DNA of 64,000 bases from the NCBI GenBank assembly GCA_030141605.1, contig JAQGDQ010000762.1:36464-100463 (forward strand), read 5' to 3'. A program made the translations under genes and the position numbers. A model generated the notes under the pieces. The model saw only the letters and a list, made by a program, of their open reading frames with translations. It had not been told where the DNA came from and did no database searches. Origin of the DNA: Tubiluchus corallicola (taxonomy: Eukaryota; Animalia; Priapulida). This document shows positions 13,696 to 28,700 of the stretch, one piece after another (positions within the stretch are counted from its first letter, which is position 1; each line of letters begins with the position of its first letter).

Positions 13696-15865
13696 ATGTG
13701 TAATTACGTGGCGACAAGGATACTTACTGCACTTTTTCCTCATTTAGGTAAGTAATTATAATTTAAACATAACACATATATCTCAGATAGCAATAGGTAT
13801 TACATTTTCAGGCCAAATTTTTAAATTAGGCTAAAATTGCCAAACTGACTTACTAGTGAATAGAGAGTACTTAGGCAAATGACTAGTTAATAATGACTAT
13901 ACTCACTATAGCTTGACGTAATTACTACATGTAACATAGGCCTACATGGTTGTATATGGGCCATTTGGACCATTAATTACAGACAAAGTTGATGATTAAT
14001 CATGTTTTGAGAATGCCCACCATAGAAGTATTATTGAAGCAGTATTGGTTTCTCAATTCTATTACTAGGCTTATTTTACTGAACAAGCAGAGCGATTAAT
14101 TCCAGACTTATATGCCCGCATGATTATATTTAATGAGCTAATTTTAAACTTTAAGTCAGCTAAGCTCAAGAGGCCTTACGGTAAGTGACAACTTTTGACG
14201 TTTAAAACAACAGTTGATAAGTTAAGCAATACTGATGACGTACCTTGAATCAGAGATCTGCTTAATTTTCTATACTAAAAATATCATCATCAACATAAAT
14301 GTACGTTAAAGTCTTACGTTGTTATAATTATGCTTACTTTCTGCCTGAATACTCATAATAGTGTATAATATAATATACTCATAATAAGTATAATAACATA
14401 AAGTACACATTTATATAGTTCGTCTGTCTTGCGGCGACCTTATACATCACAGAAAGAAGCATTCAATTTACTAATACGACTTATCTGGGAAAGGACATAG
14501 GAATAAACTTCCCATGTTGAGGGAGGACAGATTTACATCTGAGTATGGTTAAGACACCTCTGCACTGGTTTGGTGCCTAACTTAAAGGCAATATCTTGAC
14601 ACTGAGTGAGGTTTCATTCCTGTTACAACCATCGATGTTGAACAGTGTTGTCAAATGAATGCTGGATTCCAGCTTGCAGTGTGTTGAATTGATTAAAAAA
14701 ACATTTAACACTGCTCTATTTTTAGGTTTAGCAATAGCAACAACTAACTGTCTAAAAGATGCAGAAATTGGATGGGATGATCCAAACAATGTGTATAGTT
14801 GCAAAGATGATTCTATGTATTGTTGCTTCAGAGATGAGCCTGCTTGCTGTGAGAATGCCATATCTGCAGAAAAAATGTGAGTGAAATAATTCTAGAATGT
14901 GTATACACCAGAAAAGATGCAAGATATCTTTTTTATCAAATTTACTAAACTTCTTTGAATGGCTTGTGTGATTGTGAAAAAATACTGAACTGTAGCATAC
15001 TTAGAGCACATAATTTCAGCTAGTTCACTAGGTTATTTTGATTTTAACTTATTTTGATTAAATTTTACTTTGAAGCACTTATGCCTGTCACTTTAAATTG
15101 CACGCACTTTCAGTTAGCTACATAAACACTAAAAATTATTAATTAGTGAAACTTCATGCGAGAGAAGGAAGCAAACTCGCTTACCAACTAGGATTTGATT
15201 CTAAGCTCTCTTCTCAGAGGCAGGCACTCCAGCCAAAGGAGACACAGATTGTTTGGAGGGCACCCCAATTCTAATCCGTTTATGATAAACATTGTTTTTG
15301 CACTTCCACCAAGATTCAGGCACTGACTACTCTACAATAGTAAGTTAATTTACTAGTTACATCCATTAGTAAAAACATCGAGATGATAACTGAGCACCTC
15401 TGTTGTTCTGCAGGTTGGATCAGATGCTATTATGGATTGCTGTTGGGGTAATTGCAATTGGCATAGCAATATTTATCTACATAAACAGGTCAGACTTTTG
15501 TGGTTGTTCATCTGGTTCAAGCATTAGAACTTGGTGCATTAGCACATGCTGCTGCTGTAGACAAAGCGAAAGGTGAATTTACGTGATCAATTTTATTTGC
15601 CAATAAAAACTTTTTCTAACAATGTTGTAATAAACAATTTATTTTATTTTCAGTTTCATGATTGAGCTTTGATACTGAGTACATGAACTAAATTTAACTG
15701 ATACAAGTTATACAACTTAATCTTAAAAAGATGTACATGTTGATTATGTTTAGTACTTTTTGTTTGTGTAAATATTGCAGCAAAGAAATGACAAGTGCAA
15801 TGGTGGAAAATTCACAAGACGAAAGAGATTTCAACCAACTCAATGTGAATATGTCTCAGTGTTGA
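13696..15865 (+). CDS. Small Cys-rich single-pass membrane protein (Shisa/WBP1/VOPP1-like architecture; family uncertain)
   Basis: Exons 13696-13747, 14726-14876, 15414-15572 and 15781-15865 splice in frame with GT-AG boundaries: MCNYVATRILTALFPHLGLAIATTNCLKDAEIGWDDPNNVYSCKDDSMYCCFRDEPACCENAISAEKMLDQMLLWIAVGVIAIGIAIFIYINRSDFCGCSSGSSIRTWCISTCCCCRQSESKEMTSAMVENSQDERDFNQLNVNMSQC*. Confidence 0.8.
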
Positions 15866-15973
15866 AAGCGATTATTATTGAATTAATGTCACTTATATAC
15901 GAAACCAAATTTCACAAAAAATACAGTAAGAGATCTGCAGCTTAATGGTATTCTTTTAAGAAATACATTGATT

Positions 15974-16021
15974 TAAGAACTGCTGTGATTTCTATATTAA
16001 GAACTGCTGTGATTTCTATAT
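15974..16021. repeat. 24-bp tandem duplication
   Basis: taagaactgctgtgatttctatat repeated twice. Confidence 0.85.
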
Positions 16022-16774
16022 AACTTTTTAAAACAGACAAAAATGCTAATAAAAAGTTATTGTTTCAGGTCACTGACTTCAGACAGTACAGTGTAAATAC
16101 CAATTTATAAAAACTGTGTCACTTTGTAATCTCTGTAAATCCTAAATTATGTGGGTTATTGCTGTTTATATTCTCAAAATAATTATATGCAAATAACAGA
16201 GAAAAATCACATTCCATCAAAATCTGTACGTGTAATATACAAGCATACTGTGTAGTAATGCTTGACATACATCATGCTTATATATTTACACTAAAAATGC
16301 ACATTTGTCAAAATATATTGATCCACTTCTAGTAATGCTGAAAGTGTTTTATAGTGGTTTCTTTCAAGTTCTATTGGTGAATTTGATACAGCAAGTCATA
16401 ACACCTGTAACTTGGTAACTCAACACATTTAGTTGCTTAGCAGTGAATTCAAATGAATACATTAACTGCCCTTGGTAAGGAAGAATCAATAATCGTACAT
16501 GTAGTTACAATCATGAGTCAGTATAAAATCTTTTACTCAAAAATAATTTTTTGAGCCAACCTGAAAATAACCAAAAACTAGAATTTGGCAATGTGGCTGA
16601 CTAGCTTTGATAACTGACACATATACTTATGTCAACTATCACAAAATACAAAATATTCACAAAAAAAATTATAACAAGATCATACAACTTTTGCAATATG
16701 CATACAATCTCAAAGCTTACAGGCATCTGTTTTTCAACAATGTTTGAAAAACACAAGCAAAATAATGGTTAAGT

Positions 16775-19700
16775 CTACATGAAGAAAGAAGATCCAAACT
16801 TAGCTGTAAATTTTGACAAAGCTGAATCACTGATCACAGCATGAACCGTTAATAATTCTGGGTCTCTGTGCTCTTCCACTGATTCCACAGAAGATTCCTT
16901 ATACAGCCACCTATAATGAAAACAAAAACATTGTTACATTTAATTTAATGTTATGTGACATAAAGCATTTCAGTGTGGTCTGGAAGTAAATTGTAATATT
17001 TGAACCTATTTTCTGTGTAAAGCTGGCAGTGCCTCGCATGTACTGAACACATGCACATCAAACAAAACATAACCATGCATTATACATATCAACTGTTTTG
17101 CTAACTAGGCTGTGGCCTATAGCACCAAATTTTTAGGTGTCCTGTGTTAATTTTTTTAATCTTATAGATCTCCTTGGAAAATGTGTATGCTTGAATATTT
17201 CATTTAAAGGGCGTAATCTACATAATTAGTTATGATCATATATTCGGAGTATTCTAAACTAAATAAGCCAGCTTCAGTCTAGCAGCATTCGTTAAGGTTA
17301 TTGAAAGAGAATAGTGCTCTGCTTTATAAAGAAGTTAACAGTGGACAAACTATGGGGTCATTTGGCTTAATTTACACTTGCATGATTGTAAGTTGTTAAT
17401 CTTACATTTTAAAAGATGGGAGTCTGATACTTAGTGACTTTTCCCACTTTTTTACCAACTCCAATATAGTACTTACTTCAATTGCATAAATGGTTTTTAT
17501 TTTTTATAAAATCACCAATTGTACACCGATGCCTGTCAGGTGAACTGACCCATTCCTTCACGGTAGCCTATAAATTACGAATGTTTACACTAACAGCATG
17601 TCTTTGCTTTCAACTTTTTGCAATCAGGAATCTGAACATTTATAAGATTAAATTGATCAGAATAGGTGGTACATCCTATAATATTCTGTCTGCTAATATT
17701 TGTAGTGAAATTTGCATCTTATAGAATAATCAGTTAATTAAGTTCTTTTTGTGACTTTGGGCACGTTATAAAAACTAATACTGTAGCAGTCTGACAAATT
17801 ACACTGTAGACTGGAAAACAATTAATATTAGCAATGAAGCATGTTCTTGTAGTTCTGTTGAATATCTGATTTGAAAGTGTAAACAGACCAGCGAGTTTTT
17901 CGACATTTTTCTTGGAGATCGCCAAAAATTTCGAGACATAGTTGCAGATGCAAACAATCTGTGAACAGACTACAAGTTTTTCGTTCCTATTTTTCTTGGA
18001 GATTGTCACATTTCGGAGACATAGTTGTAGATGCAATCAAGTTCCAGATTACACATAGAACATCTGTAGTTATAACACACTATCATCTATTACCGAGCCT
18101 GGTTTTATGTAAGCACCACATAACAAACAAACACAGTTTGCACAATTATATTCAGATAGTTTGCGGAAGTAATACATAAAAGGAACTACACCACAAGCAG
18201 TTGCGCAACCTGAGTCATTATAACCTTTATGCAAATGAATGGACAATTGAATATGCTTAAGAATAACCGTGTAGGACTGTAGGTACATGGTGCCACTAAT
18301 ATAGCACAAGCAATTGGAAATTGCTTCTCATATATAAACAACCATATTGGAAGTGAGCAGGACTGATTACTATCAGCCTAGGGCGTTGTAATGTCTTAAT
18401 ACGCCTTAATAAGTGATAATGCATTCATTTATTTATATTCATTGTTACACATAATATGCATTACACAAGTACCGGCTATACATCACATTTGGTTTTTTCT
18501 TTTTTGTCCAACTTTTACACACTAGCAACAACAAAACAGAGGTTTCAAATTGCAATGCAAGAACTGGTATTATTGAAATGAGTGCTGTCTACTTTTCTGC
18601 TGGTGTTGAAGACAGTCGGTTTTTATTGCTGCTATTTACCTGCAGATTGACAGTGTGGAAAATTTTCATGTCTTCTAGCTTGTACCATTTACCCACTAAA
18701 GCCAATTTCACATTTTTATAGCACTTTTGGCTTGAAAAGGCCAGCGAAATTAATCATATTCAAAAGTGCAGAAGAAAAATTGCAGACTATGCAAACTAAA
18801 ATAAGATCAGTAAAAAAGGTCCCTGATCAAAAAAATGATGTAGATTTACAAATGAAAATAATGAAACCTTTGACAGTTTGGTACATAGCATTCCGCAACA
18901 GTGAAGAGTTTCTTATCAATTTTAATGTACTGTCAGATGATGTTTATCCATAGGGAATTGTTTAGAAAATTAACATCGAAAATATCAGTCTATGGCTCTT
19001 TCGAATAAAGAAGCACAGTAAAGCAGTTAGTTGTATCATTTTCTGAATGTCCTTCTTAGCTACCTAAAATACTGTTTTAATACATTTAACTAAATTCAGT
19101 GTATTTTTATTCCTCCTAAGGTATTTTTTATTATTTTAAAGTTTACTTCGGCATTTTAAAATGATATGTAAATATTAATAATTGCAGTAAGAACTAAAAA
19201 CTAAGAATTACTAATGACATGCACCATTAAACATATTATTATTAAAAGACAAAAATATGTAAGTGCAAATATTAAAACAATAATTCTCAGTTAAATGCAG
19301 CATCCTGCTATCACTTTGTGCACACTGTCACAATGATCACGGGGCACCAATATGAATCAGGGATAATGAGTACAAGAAGTGTCATGATGTCACGACAACC
19401 TGTCGTAAAAACACAATCTCACCAAATTGCGTAACTTTTTCAGGATACATTGCCGGTATATGAATGCATGAAAAAGTGATAGTATGTATGCCACATAACA
19501 CATCTCTTACAAGAATGATGGTCTGCTGATATTCAATTGTCCAACTGAATAAGTTTATTTTACATGCTTGACACACAAAGACTCTTACTGAAGTTCTTCT
19601 CCTCCATTTGGCACGTGAAAAGTTTTGAGCATCTTAGCAGTGCTTTGCAAAATTTTGATCTCTATGAGCTCCAGCAGTGAATTGATACCAGTGCCTTTTG

Positions 19701-22700
19701 TTGAAGAAATCATGAGAGCATCTTCATCAGCATCAGCAACTTCACTACAAAAAGTTATCATAGGCAATTTTTAATGTGTAATGGTTGATTGACTAACATC
19801 ACATAATTGGAGTACTTATACAATTAATTACTTACAGCATGCACTGTAAGAAAGCAAGAAGATAATTAAGTAAGGAAATGATATTTTTGTCTCCAATATT
19901 TACAAAATAAACAGTTAACACAAAAAAATCAACGAGACGGGTGGATGAAATGACCAATGGTCAACAGGTCAGCACTCCTATCCAAAATTAAAGATTAAGG
20001 AATTAAGGTTTATCAAGTTGGTTTATTTGCATTTTTCGCATACTCGTCATCTTTTTTGCACATCGAAATCATCTTTTTTTTGAAATTTTACCAAAATTCA
20101 CAAATCCACCATGCCTGATAATTACTGTTCATACAAAAAAATTTAAATATAAGATATAAATCATATAATTGACCATCACTTTACTGGCTTATATCCCCAT
20201 AAATTTTTTTATTTATTTGCATTTGGCTTACTGTTTCCTGAAAATGCCATAGATACTCACCAACCCAAAAAGTTGCTAGTTATTGAACAACATAATAAAA
20301 AATCAAAATAAATATCTTGAATTTTCCAAGTCGACAACACAAAAGAAAAATATTTCCTTAAATCTTTATTTTTAAAAGAGCCTTGTTCTTGTTGCAATCA
20401 ACTTTTTAATTTATATGAAGATACTATATTATTTGATTTGTCTCCAACTGTGTAACTTGTTAAAATAATATTATAGAGTTAGAAGAATAATGCATATCAT
20501 ATGTTTATGAAAAACATCCTATTAAGAAAAGAAATACTTCAGGTCATTAACTAGTCACTTCAGGTTTTTTGAAAACTCTTCTTGAAAGCTCATAATACTT
20601 TATTGCAACAATTGTTTGTTAATTTAAAGCAAACAAAATTTAAAATAAAATATAACATTATTTCACTTAAGCCTCACTAACAAAATAATGCCCATTATTA
20701 GGAATACCGTTCAGAAACGGTGAAAGCAATCACATTAATTGAATTTATGTGATGAAAAAAATCTCATTGGTAAGTAATTTGCAGTGACGTAACTAGAGTT
20801 TGTGGCGCCCGGTGCGACACTTGAGTTTGGCACCCCCCAACGGAAATGTTTATGTAGGAAAATTTTAGTTTTGCAAAATTCAGCAATGTTACCTCCAGTT
20901 TCAATAAGTTGCGGAGATAAATTGATAAAATAATAAAATATTACTGAAAAAAAAACAAAATAAAATAATGGGTTTGTAAAGAAATAAATTCATCCAATTA
21001 TGCTTCATAACTCAAATGTCATGATGCTCAAAAGGCTTCGTCAATTGTTAATGCAGAAGTTAACGTTATAATGGTGGTTGAAGTCTTGAAGACAATTCTG
21101 AAGTGATTTCTAAGACACTGTGTTTAACGGGGAATTTTGAACAACTTAACAGACGACTGAAGTAAAGTAAAACTTTAATGCCGTCAAGATATTCCAATGA
21201 TAAAGTAGAGATTGGTGTTTGTAAATTAGTTAATAGATCCACAAATAACTATGCCAAACGAAGAATTTTTTTTAATTCACATTCTGACGGAGATATTAAA
21301 AAACTCTCAAACCATGTTGGTGAGCCAGGAAGACACTGAATCACAATCATTATTGTGTAAATAATGGCAATGTAATTGCAATGACATCAGTGTTATAGAA
21401 ACAAACACCAGCGGTAAATACATTAAAAAGTGTGAGAAATTTTATGTAAATGTGTGATAAGCTTGCATCTACAAATGCGACTGTAAATGTATTCTACAGT
21501 TAACTCAAAACGTGTACTGTGCAGACACTTTGAAAACAACAGCAATTTCTAATTATCGTCTTCGCAGGCCCTGTAAGCAGCATTTTCTGGAAAATTAAAT
21601 TGCCATGCATTATGCTTTTCTACTATTCTGGAAGAATCAACTTTTTTGTTAACTTGACCAAAATGCCACCCGGGGCGGACTGACCCCCCCCCCGGCTATG
21701 CTGCTGGTTTTGTGACTTGCTAGCTACAAATGAAATTGTAAGAAATCTGAAATAGCGAACATAGCAATCTAGGCAATCTTTTACCTCTTAGTGATTTACA
21801 TGCTAGCATTTATTTGATGATTTCGTGTATTGTTTTCGAAAAAATAAGAAGTAGCAGGATAATTGCCTGAACAGTAAATTATATACACCTAACCATATTC
21901 ATACAGGCCAACATGCTGTATTCAAGCAGTTATGACAGTTTGAGTACAGTCAAATTTAGCTGTTGCCTGATTCTTAACATTTACCCTGGATGGAGGTCGC
22001 ACTTGTTGCAAACTTCTATCATGTTATCCAGCAGCCTATCTGGTAGACCAAATGTCAACAATGTGTTGATTACATTCTGCTTCTGGGCAGAAGAATCTGG
22101 GTGACTAATGTCTCGCACATGAATCAACAGATCCTACAAATTATAAAACAACGAACAATGACTATATAGCAAATGTAGAAACATCATAAACAGAAACAAT
22201 AACACATAGTGGTGTATGGAACTGTGCAAATTTTTTCCATTCGAAATCATCCTTATATTTTTACATATACTTTGGCACACCACAAGACAAAATCCAGCAG
22301 GCAACAGTGGCGCTCACTTAGTATGATTTTTGTGACATGACCAGAGCTAAGATGAGCCACTGATTTCACCCATATCTGTTTTCTTTTTGATATCTGAGTT
22401 TATGTATGTCAGTCCTTTACAAAGTAGACAACAAGGACCTGTACAACCAATGAAACCACAGAGTGCAAGCATTGAACCAGACAGTCATGAGCCATTCATA
22501 CACAGCATGCATGCATATGACCTCGGCCAAAAACAAAGTCTCATGAGTTCTAATAAAATAAGTTAATACAACAAACAAGCTAAAGCTTCTTAAACAACAT
22601 TAACGTATTTACTTATTTTAACAGATAATAGATTCAATAGATTAAATGACTGCTATTAGATTACGAAACTAGACGGTGCAATCTCGACTCAAGGTTAGGG

Positions 22701-25700
22701 TTACTCGACCCGAGGTTTATGCAAGACAGATTTTTACTAATCATGTGCAAGCTTGCTTCTTACAGTGTGGCTGCATAGCAGACCACGAATGCCCAGAGTT
22801 TGTCACAATTAATCGCATAAAACGGTTTGATTCATTTTGAAAAACAATAATACTAGGGATTGATCTATTAATTAAGTTCTTTTTGTGACTTTGGACTTGT
22901 GACTTTTTGCACTCAACATTGGAGCAATATGCCTCTGTCACCCATAGCAATAATACTTGGTTATTATTAAAAAACTGCAGTACAAATCATATGGCCAGAC
23001 TGCATAGTGCATATGAACATGATTCAATTTGTGCATTGTACATGCAAATAAAAGCATCTACGAAAGTAAGTTATTTTAATAATTCAAAGCTTGCATTGAA
23101 TCATGCAAGCTACAATTGTAAAACTTTCTCAAACAGTTTTATATAACCTGCAAGAAACAAGAATAACAAATTACTGAAACGCTTATGTGAATTGAGTTTT
23201 TCTTGCGTTTGTTCATATCATCTTTGTCTAGTCTCTTGCTTCCTGAATTTGCTTCTTTCTTTCTTGTTAGCATTTTCTCTTTTTTCTCACTCACATTGTC
23301 CACAATATGGTGAGTGTTGCAGCTAGTTATGTAATAACTCAAACCACATGTTGTGCATAGAAATTAATTGGTAATTGGCTAATCATTTGGTATATATAAC
23401 TTGCTGACCTATTTAGTGTTATGATCTAGCTGTAATGAGTCCTCGATTTTTGCCAGTGTTTTTGTACATGTATGGGTAATCTGAGTTAGATCTTCTAAAT
23501 TAAAAACTGGCCTATTCAACTTGTTAACTTTTTTTACCATACATTGCCGGGGTAAGGATTTGAATACCAGCCAAGAAATATACCAGATGGCACAGAAAAA
23601 ACGTGCCGAAGTTCAGATTACAATAATATTAGAAGCAAGTGCTCCTTAAAGTTCATTAAAGTGCTCCTTGGCGTGATATTACAGTACCTTAGCATTTGGC
23701 TGAGAAAGTTATAAAGTTTATAAGTTTAAAAGTTTTTGAGTTATAGCCGAAAAACTTTTGCAAGTTAAAAATTTAATTGCCAAAACAATATCTGCTAATC
23801 ACCAATAACTGTAAAACAGCCCAATGACGCATAAAGCATTCAGTGAAATGGCAGCAGAACATCAATCAATTTACATCATAGTCCTCATTTACATTTACGT
23901 CACGACAATGATATTGTGATTTCCTTAAAGAGAAAGTGTAAGGGAACTAAAGTCAAAAATTGTTGAGTACAGGGACCATATACTACTCAAATAAGAGAAA
24001 CTGTGTCAGTTGTTAAAAGAAATGCCTTCCTCTAGTATGTAGTGAAAATGGTGGACTTGTAAATTTTAACAATGGTGACATACAAAAATATTCTAGCATT
24101 TACTTTTTGACTTGTTAATATAAACCTGCTGCATCTTTGAAAAATCAGAAGAAAATGATCAAAAATTTTTGGTGTTATTACATAAGCATCTGTATCATCA
24201 GTGTTATAATTTCCAACCGATTGTGTTTTTTTCTTCTTATAATAACTAATCAAAACGTCGGCAGTTTTTCTACTTGGTATACTACCTGGTATAAGATGAC
24301 ACTCTATCTTTTTGATTGGCTTTAGGATTATTAAAATTATAGTGATTCTGCAGTTAAAATGCTAGTGCTCGTTTAACTGAGAAATTCACTCATTTGTATA
24401 TACGCTGCTTGCTTAATATATATGGTGTATTGTAGCACATGACACACACATTCATTGCATCACTTTTTCACCATATACATGAGCAAGTCTTATATTTTTG
24501 ATAGCTAAACTAATATAATTATTAAAACTAACCAAATTCATAACTTACAGCTTGTACAACATCTACTAATGTTGTTTTGAAGGAATCTATTAGGGTAGTA
24601 GGAATATCCGAAATGAAGCCTATAGTGTCAATGAAAAGGACATTCATGTGGTTTTTCAGTGTACCAGAATGAGTAGTCACATCCAAAGTAGCAAACAGCT
24701 TATCTTCTGGTTGTAGCTTGTCCTCACCAGTTAAAGCCTTAATTAAAGATGTTTTACCTGAATATAAAAATGCAGTTAAGAAAGGTAATATGTACTTCAT
24801 CAATGCAAAGCATGTAAGGAAGCATACTCAGGACTCTAGTGTTCAGAGTTTTTAAAAAATTTAAAAAGTTGCAATATATTACCTCCAGAACATACTTTCT
24901 GAGCAGGTCAAATTGAATTAACTCTAACCTTTTTCAATACACAAAATAATAACATGCGTGCATTTTTGATTATTTTTAGCACATGACTAAGCTATACACC
25001 ATTCACAAATAGTATCTCACCACTTGTTTTAGTGATATCATAATAAATATTACAAATGCCACAAGATATTTTGGTTTGCAGGAGACATACAGTTATTTAC
25101 TGCAAACAAAAAAATCAGCATTTTAGTGACTTTCTTTAGAAGATTAATTAAGAAGATAATACAAAAGCGAAATATAACGTGGAAAATTTATTATTCAAAA
25201 ACAATTCATAAAATGTGGGCTGACCAGTTCCAACTTATACTTGAAGGCAGACTTTTATTAAACAAATGACTGGAAACTGTTTCTTTTGCCTGCAGTTCTT
25301 TACAGGTCAAGGATACATTACTGAAATTACCATTTCACTATTATGACAATATTAAATATGAAACAGAAGAAAGGAATACCTGCGTTCGTATATCCAATAA
25401 CAGCAACTGTAGGAATTTCTTTCTTAATTCGGTTTTGTCTCAGTAGTTGTCTCTTGTTCTTCACCTTCTCTAATGCTTTCTTGATTTTTAATTCTCTTTC
25501 CTTGCATTTAAAATAAATAAAACCTATTAGAATAAGCATGAAATTGCCACAAAATGCACTAGTACAGAAAATGACAGCAAATATTTAAATATAGAATTTT
25601 TAGCGTCAATTTAATGACCTACATCCAAAAAAATACATGAAACGTTTTATGGTGTTTTTGTAGTATTAGGTCCAGAGAATAATGTACCCAAAATAGGTCA

Positions 25701-28700
25701 CAATTTGAGCACCAGAAAGGGCTTAATTATAGCATCAAGAAATATGGCAGCCATTTGACCAAATGAATGGGTCTTTAGTCTATCAAAACGGTGAAAAAAT
25801 GCTCATTTTAACTCAAAGCATGAAATTTTTGCTTGAAGCATGAAGTGCTGGAACCCATTAAGGTGATTAATTTTAGTCATGAAATCAATCGAAATTTGTC
25901 CAATATGGCCGACAAGGTGGCTCTTGATATAAGGGCCATATCTTTTAGAAATTGTAAACAAAGTCTACACATTTTTGTCAACTAACATGCACATACTGTC
26001 ACAATGTAGCAAGATATGGTTCCTTGAACGAATATTACATGTACAGTATTATATAATGCATTACCACATTCTACTTAATGTCTGGAATAAGCGGATAACT
26101 AAGGTATATAGCTTTTCATGAAATTGCAAATGTCACAGGCCTGAAAAGAATCAGTTCTGTTAGTTTTTAGCAGTTGCGGATTTCAGCAAAATGTTAAAGC
26201 AAAAGTACGAGGTAAGTCAACTGCATAGTTCTAGGAATAATAATTAGTGATATGAAATTCTGTTACTATTTCAAACACTTACAATGTAGAACAGACAATA
26301 TTTTTCTTCTACAGACAAAATCTGAAGTTTGGTCACAACCAATAAAACCTGACAGAACTGACGTTAATTATTAATTTTATTTCAATTTCCAATTACGAGG
26401 TATTCTACGGGTATTACATTTATACCCTCAAAAGCCTTTGTCGAGTTTCAATAAATGTTTCACCAGATCCACCAACATACATTGCTTTACCACTGGGATG
26501 TTCTAATTTGCCTTTATGAATTTCGTGCAAGCGAGACCTGCAGAATAATAAAATGTCTGCACTTTTATGAGGTTTCAAAATTTGCCAGCACTTCCTTTTA
26601 GCAGCCATTTGCTATAAGTACAGTCTTGCAAGTATTGAAGCAGCAAGTTTTGAATTAATCTATTTTTAAAACAACTAAATTCATCTGCAGTCCAGATACA
26701 TTAAAAGTTATCAGTAAAAATTGAAATTACACACATTAATTATCTCTAGAGGAAACATTACATGATATGTCAGGGTATGATGTATCTTTTTTGCTGCCAC
26801 TTACTGAGTCGTTAGTATGAAACAGCTATAATAAGAAACAATGATAATTAATAAAGGTGCAACTATAAACAAAGGTACTTTTTGGACAATTTTTCTCCAA
26901 AGCTTTTATTTTTTGTTTATACAACTATAATCAACTAACAACAGAACATATATATGTATAGATTTGGACCCACAGATTAATTACAAAGCACAAAGTTAAA
27001 TCACAACCAGTTCAAAGTACAATAATCTGATTCTATATCCCACAATAAATCTGCCCTGTCTGAACTCTAAATTAAAGTGTGACAATAGCCAGACCCACAG
27101 CTTATTTGCAAGTTTTAGCGGTTGGGCCACACATATAAATGTCGGCTATGTCACAATTATTTAATTTCACATTATGGTTCAACATCACTTTCAAAATGAA
27201 AAGCTATAATGGTTGCTGGTTAGTGGACCTGTAAGCCCAGGTTCCAACTACACATAAGTTGTAAGCCAATCCGTATAACAAAAAATGATATTATTATATA
27301 CCTTCTGCACAACAGTCCATCTAGACAAATTAACTCCCATCTTTAAAAACTGTTAATTAATAAATTTTATGCTTTTTATTTCCTATCTGTTTTTTCAGAA
27401 TTCACTTTAAGTTTGGGTTAAATCAAACAATTACAGCATAACTTTTACGGTATTTAAACTTTATTAAGGGTTTTAAAATTTACATACCTTAGGTAAGGTA
27501 TTTCAGCAAGAGCAATTTGAAGTTTTGCTTCTTTTGTATGAGCATGTTCCAGAAATATCTGTAAGACCATCATGTACCTAACGAGAAAAAACATCCTCCA
27601 GTCAGACCTTCAAAGATATAAAAATTACAGATATGCTATTCATTACCAACTATCTCTTTGTTATTAATTTTATAAAATACTTCATATCAATCACAAATTT
27701 GATTATTATGTCACTAAAAACACCACAGAACATATGAACTGCAGATAGCTTAATTATTTCAAATTTGACTTATAGACTTTAGTTTACCAAAACTATTTGG
27801 CAGTGACAAAAACTGCCTAACAACTATTATGGCTTCCAACTAAGTAAGTAACATAAGAACTAACAACACATACAAACTCTTTTACATGATAGATTACCTG
27901 TCATAAACTGGAATGCCAAAAGCATCCTCAAGTTCTGTGTGCTGAATTGCAGACAGATGTTCCACATTAACAAAAACAGCTGTGACATCTAATAGTGCTC
28001 GCACTTTTTTAACAAGATGTTCGTAGTTGCCTCGACCAAATATAGTTTTCTTATGTGACACCTTTGTGGAAAATATTTCCTGTAAAAAGGTATCTAGTTG
28101 TACTACTACCAGTAAGATTATGTAGGGTAGAAAAAAGCAACAGTGTCGATATAGTGAATGTAAAAACTGGTAATACAGAGCAACATTTTTTGGTTCCCAC
28201 TAGAAACAATTTTGGTTGACCCAGGCTCTCAACTAAAGTCTATAGACTCACTGAAATATACTATTATAGGCTATATAGTGCTATGACAGAACTGAAAGCA
28301 AAAAAATGTGCCAAAAAGTGCAGTGCATGTCAGTAATAAGATAAGATTTATTTATTACACTTAAAAGCATAAAAGTACACTTTAGTGTATACACACTAAA
28401 AGAATTGAAAAATCACACACATACACAACATTAACATAGTACATACTGAAATATTTACGAAATCACATATACAATGTACAATCACATATAATTGCAAATT
28501 TGCAATAAAACTGAAGTGTACCTAGAAACAGTACACATTATACATTCTTAACCTAAAAACATTATTCACTTAAAATTAATCAAAGTTTTACAATGTACGG
28601 AAGTGCCTACTGTTAAGCAGGGCTGTAGCTGACAGTGTAAAACTATTTGTTCTCACTTTGGCAGGATGAACTGGTAGCCTCTTCAATTTGAATAATATAA

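Noticed and set aside
14659-14725. ORF-track start MLDSSLQC... for the Cys-rich protein
   Set aside because: A strong acceptor at 14725 and an in-frame upstream exon (13696-13747) explain the N-terminus better.
15150-15260. tRNA-like A/B box remnants on the minus strand (similar text at about 27210-27250 and 37390-37500)
   Set aside because: No cloverleaf can be folded. At best these are decayed SINE heads, too weak to call.
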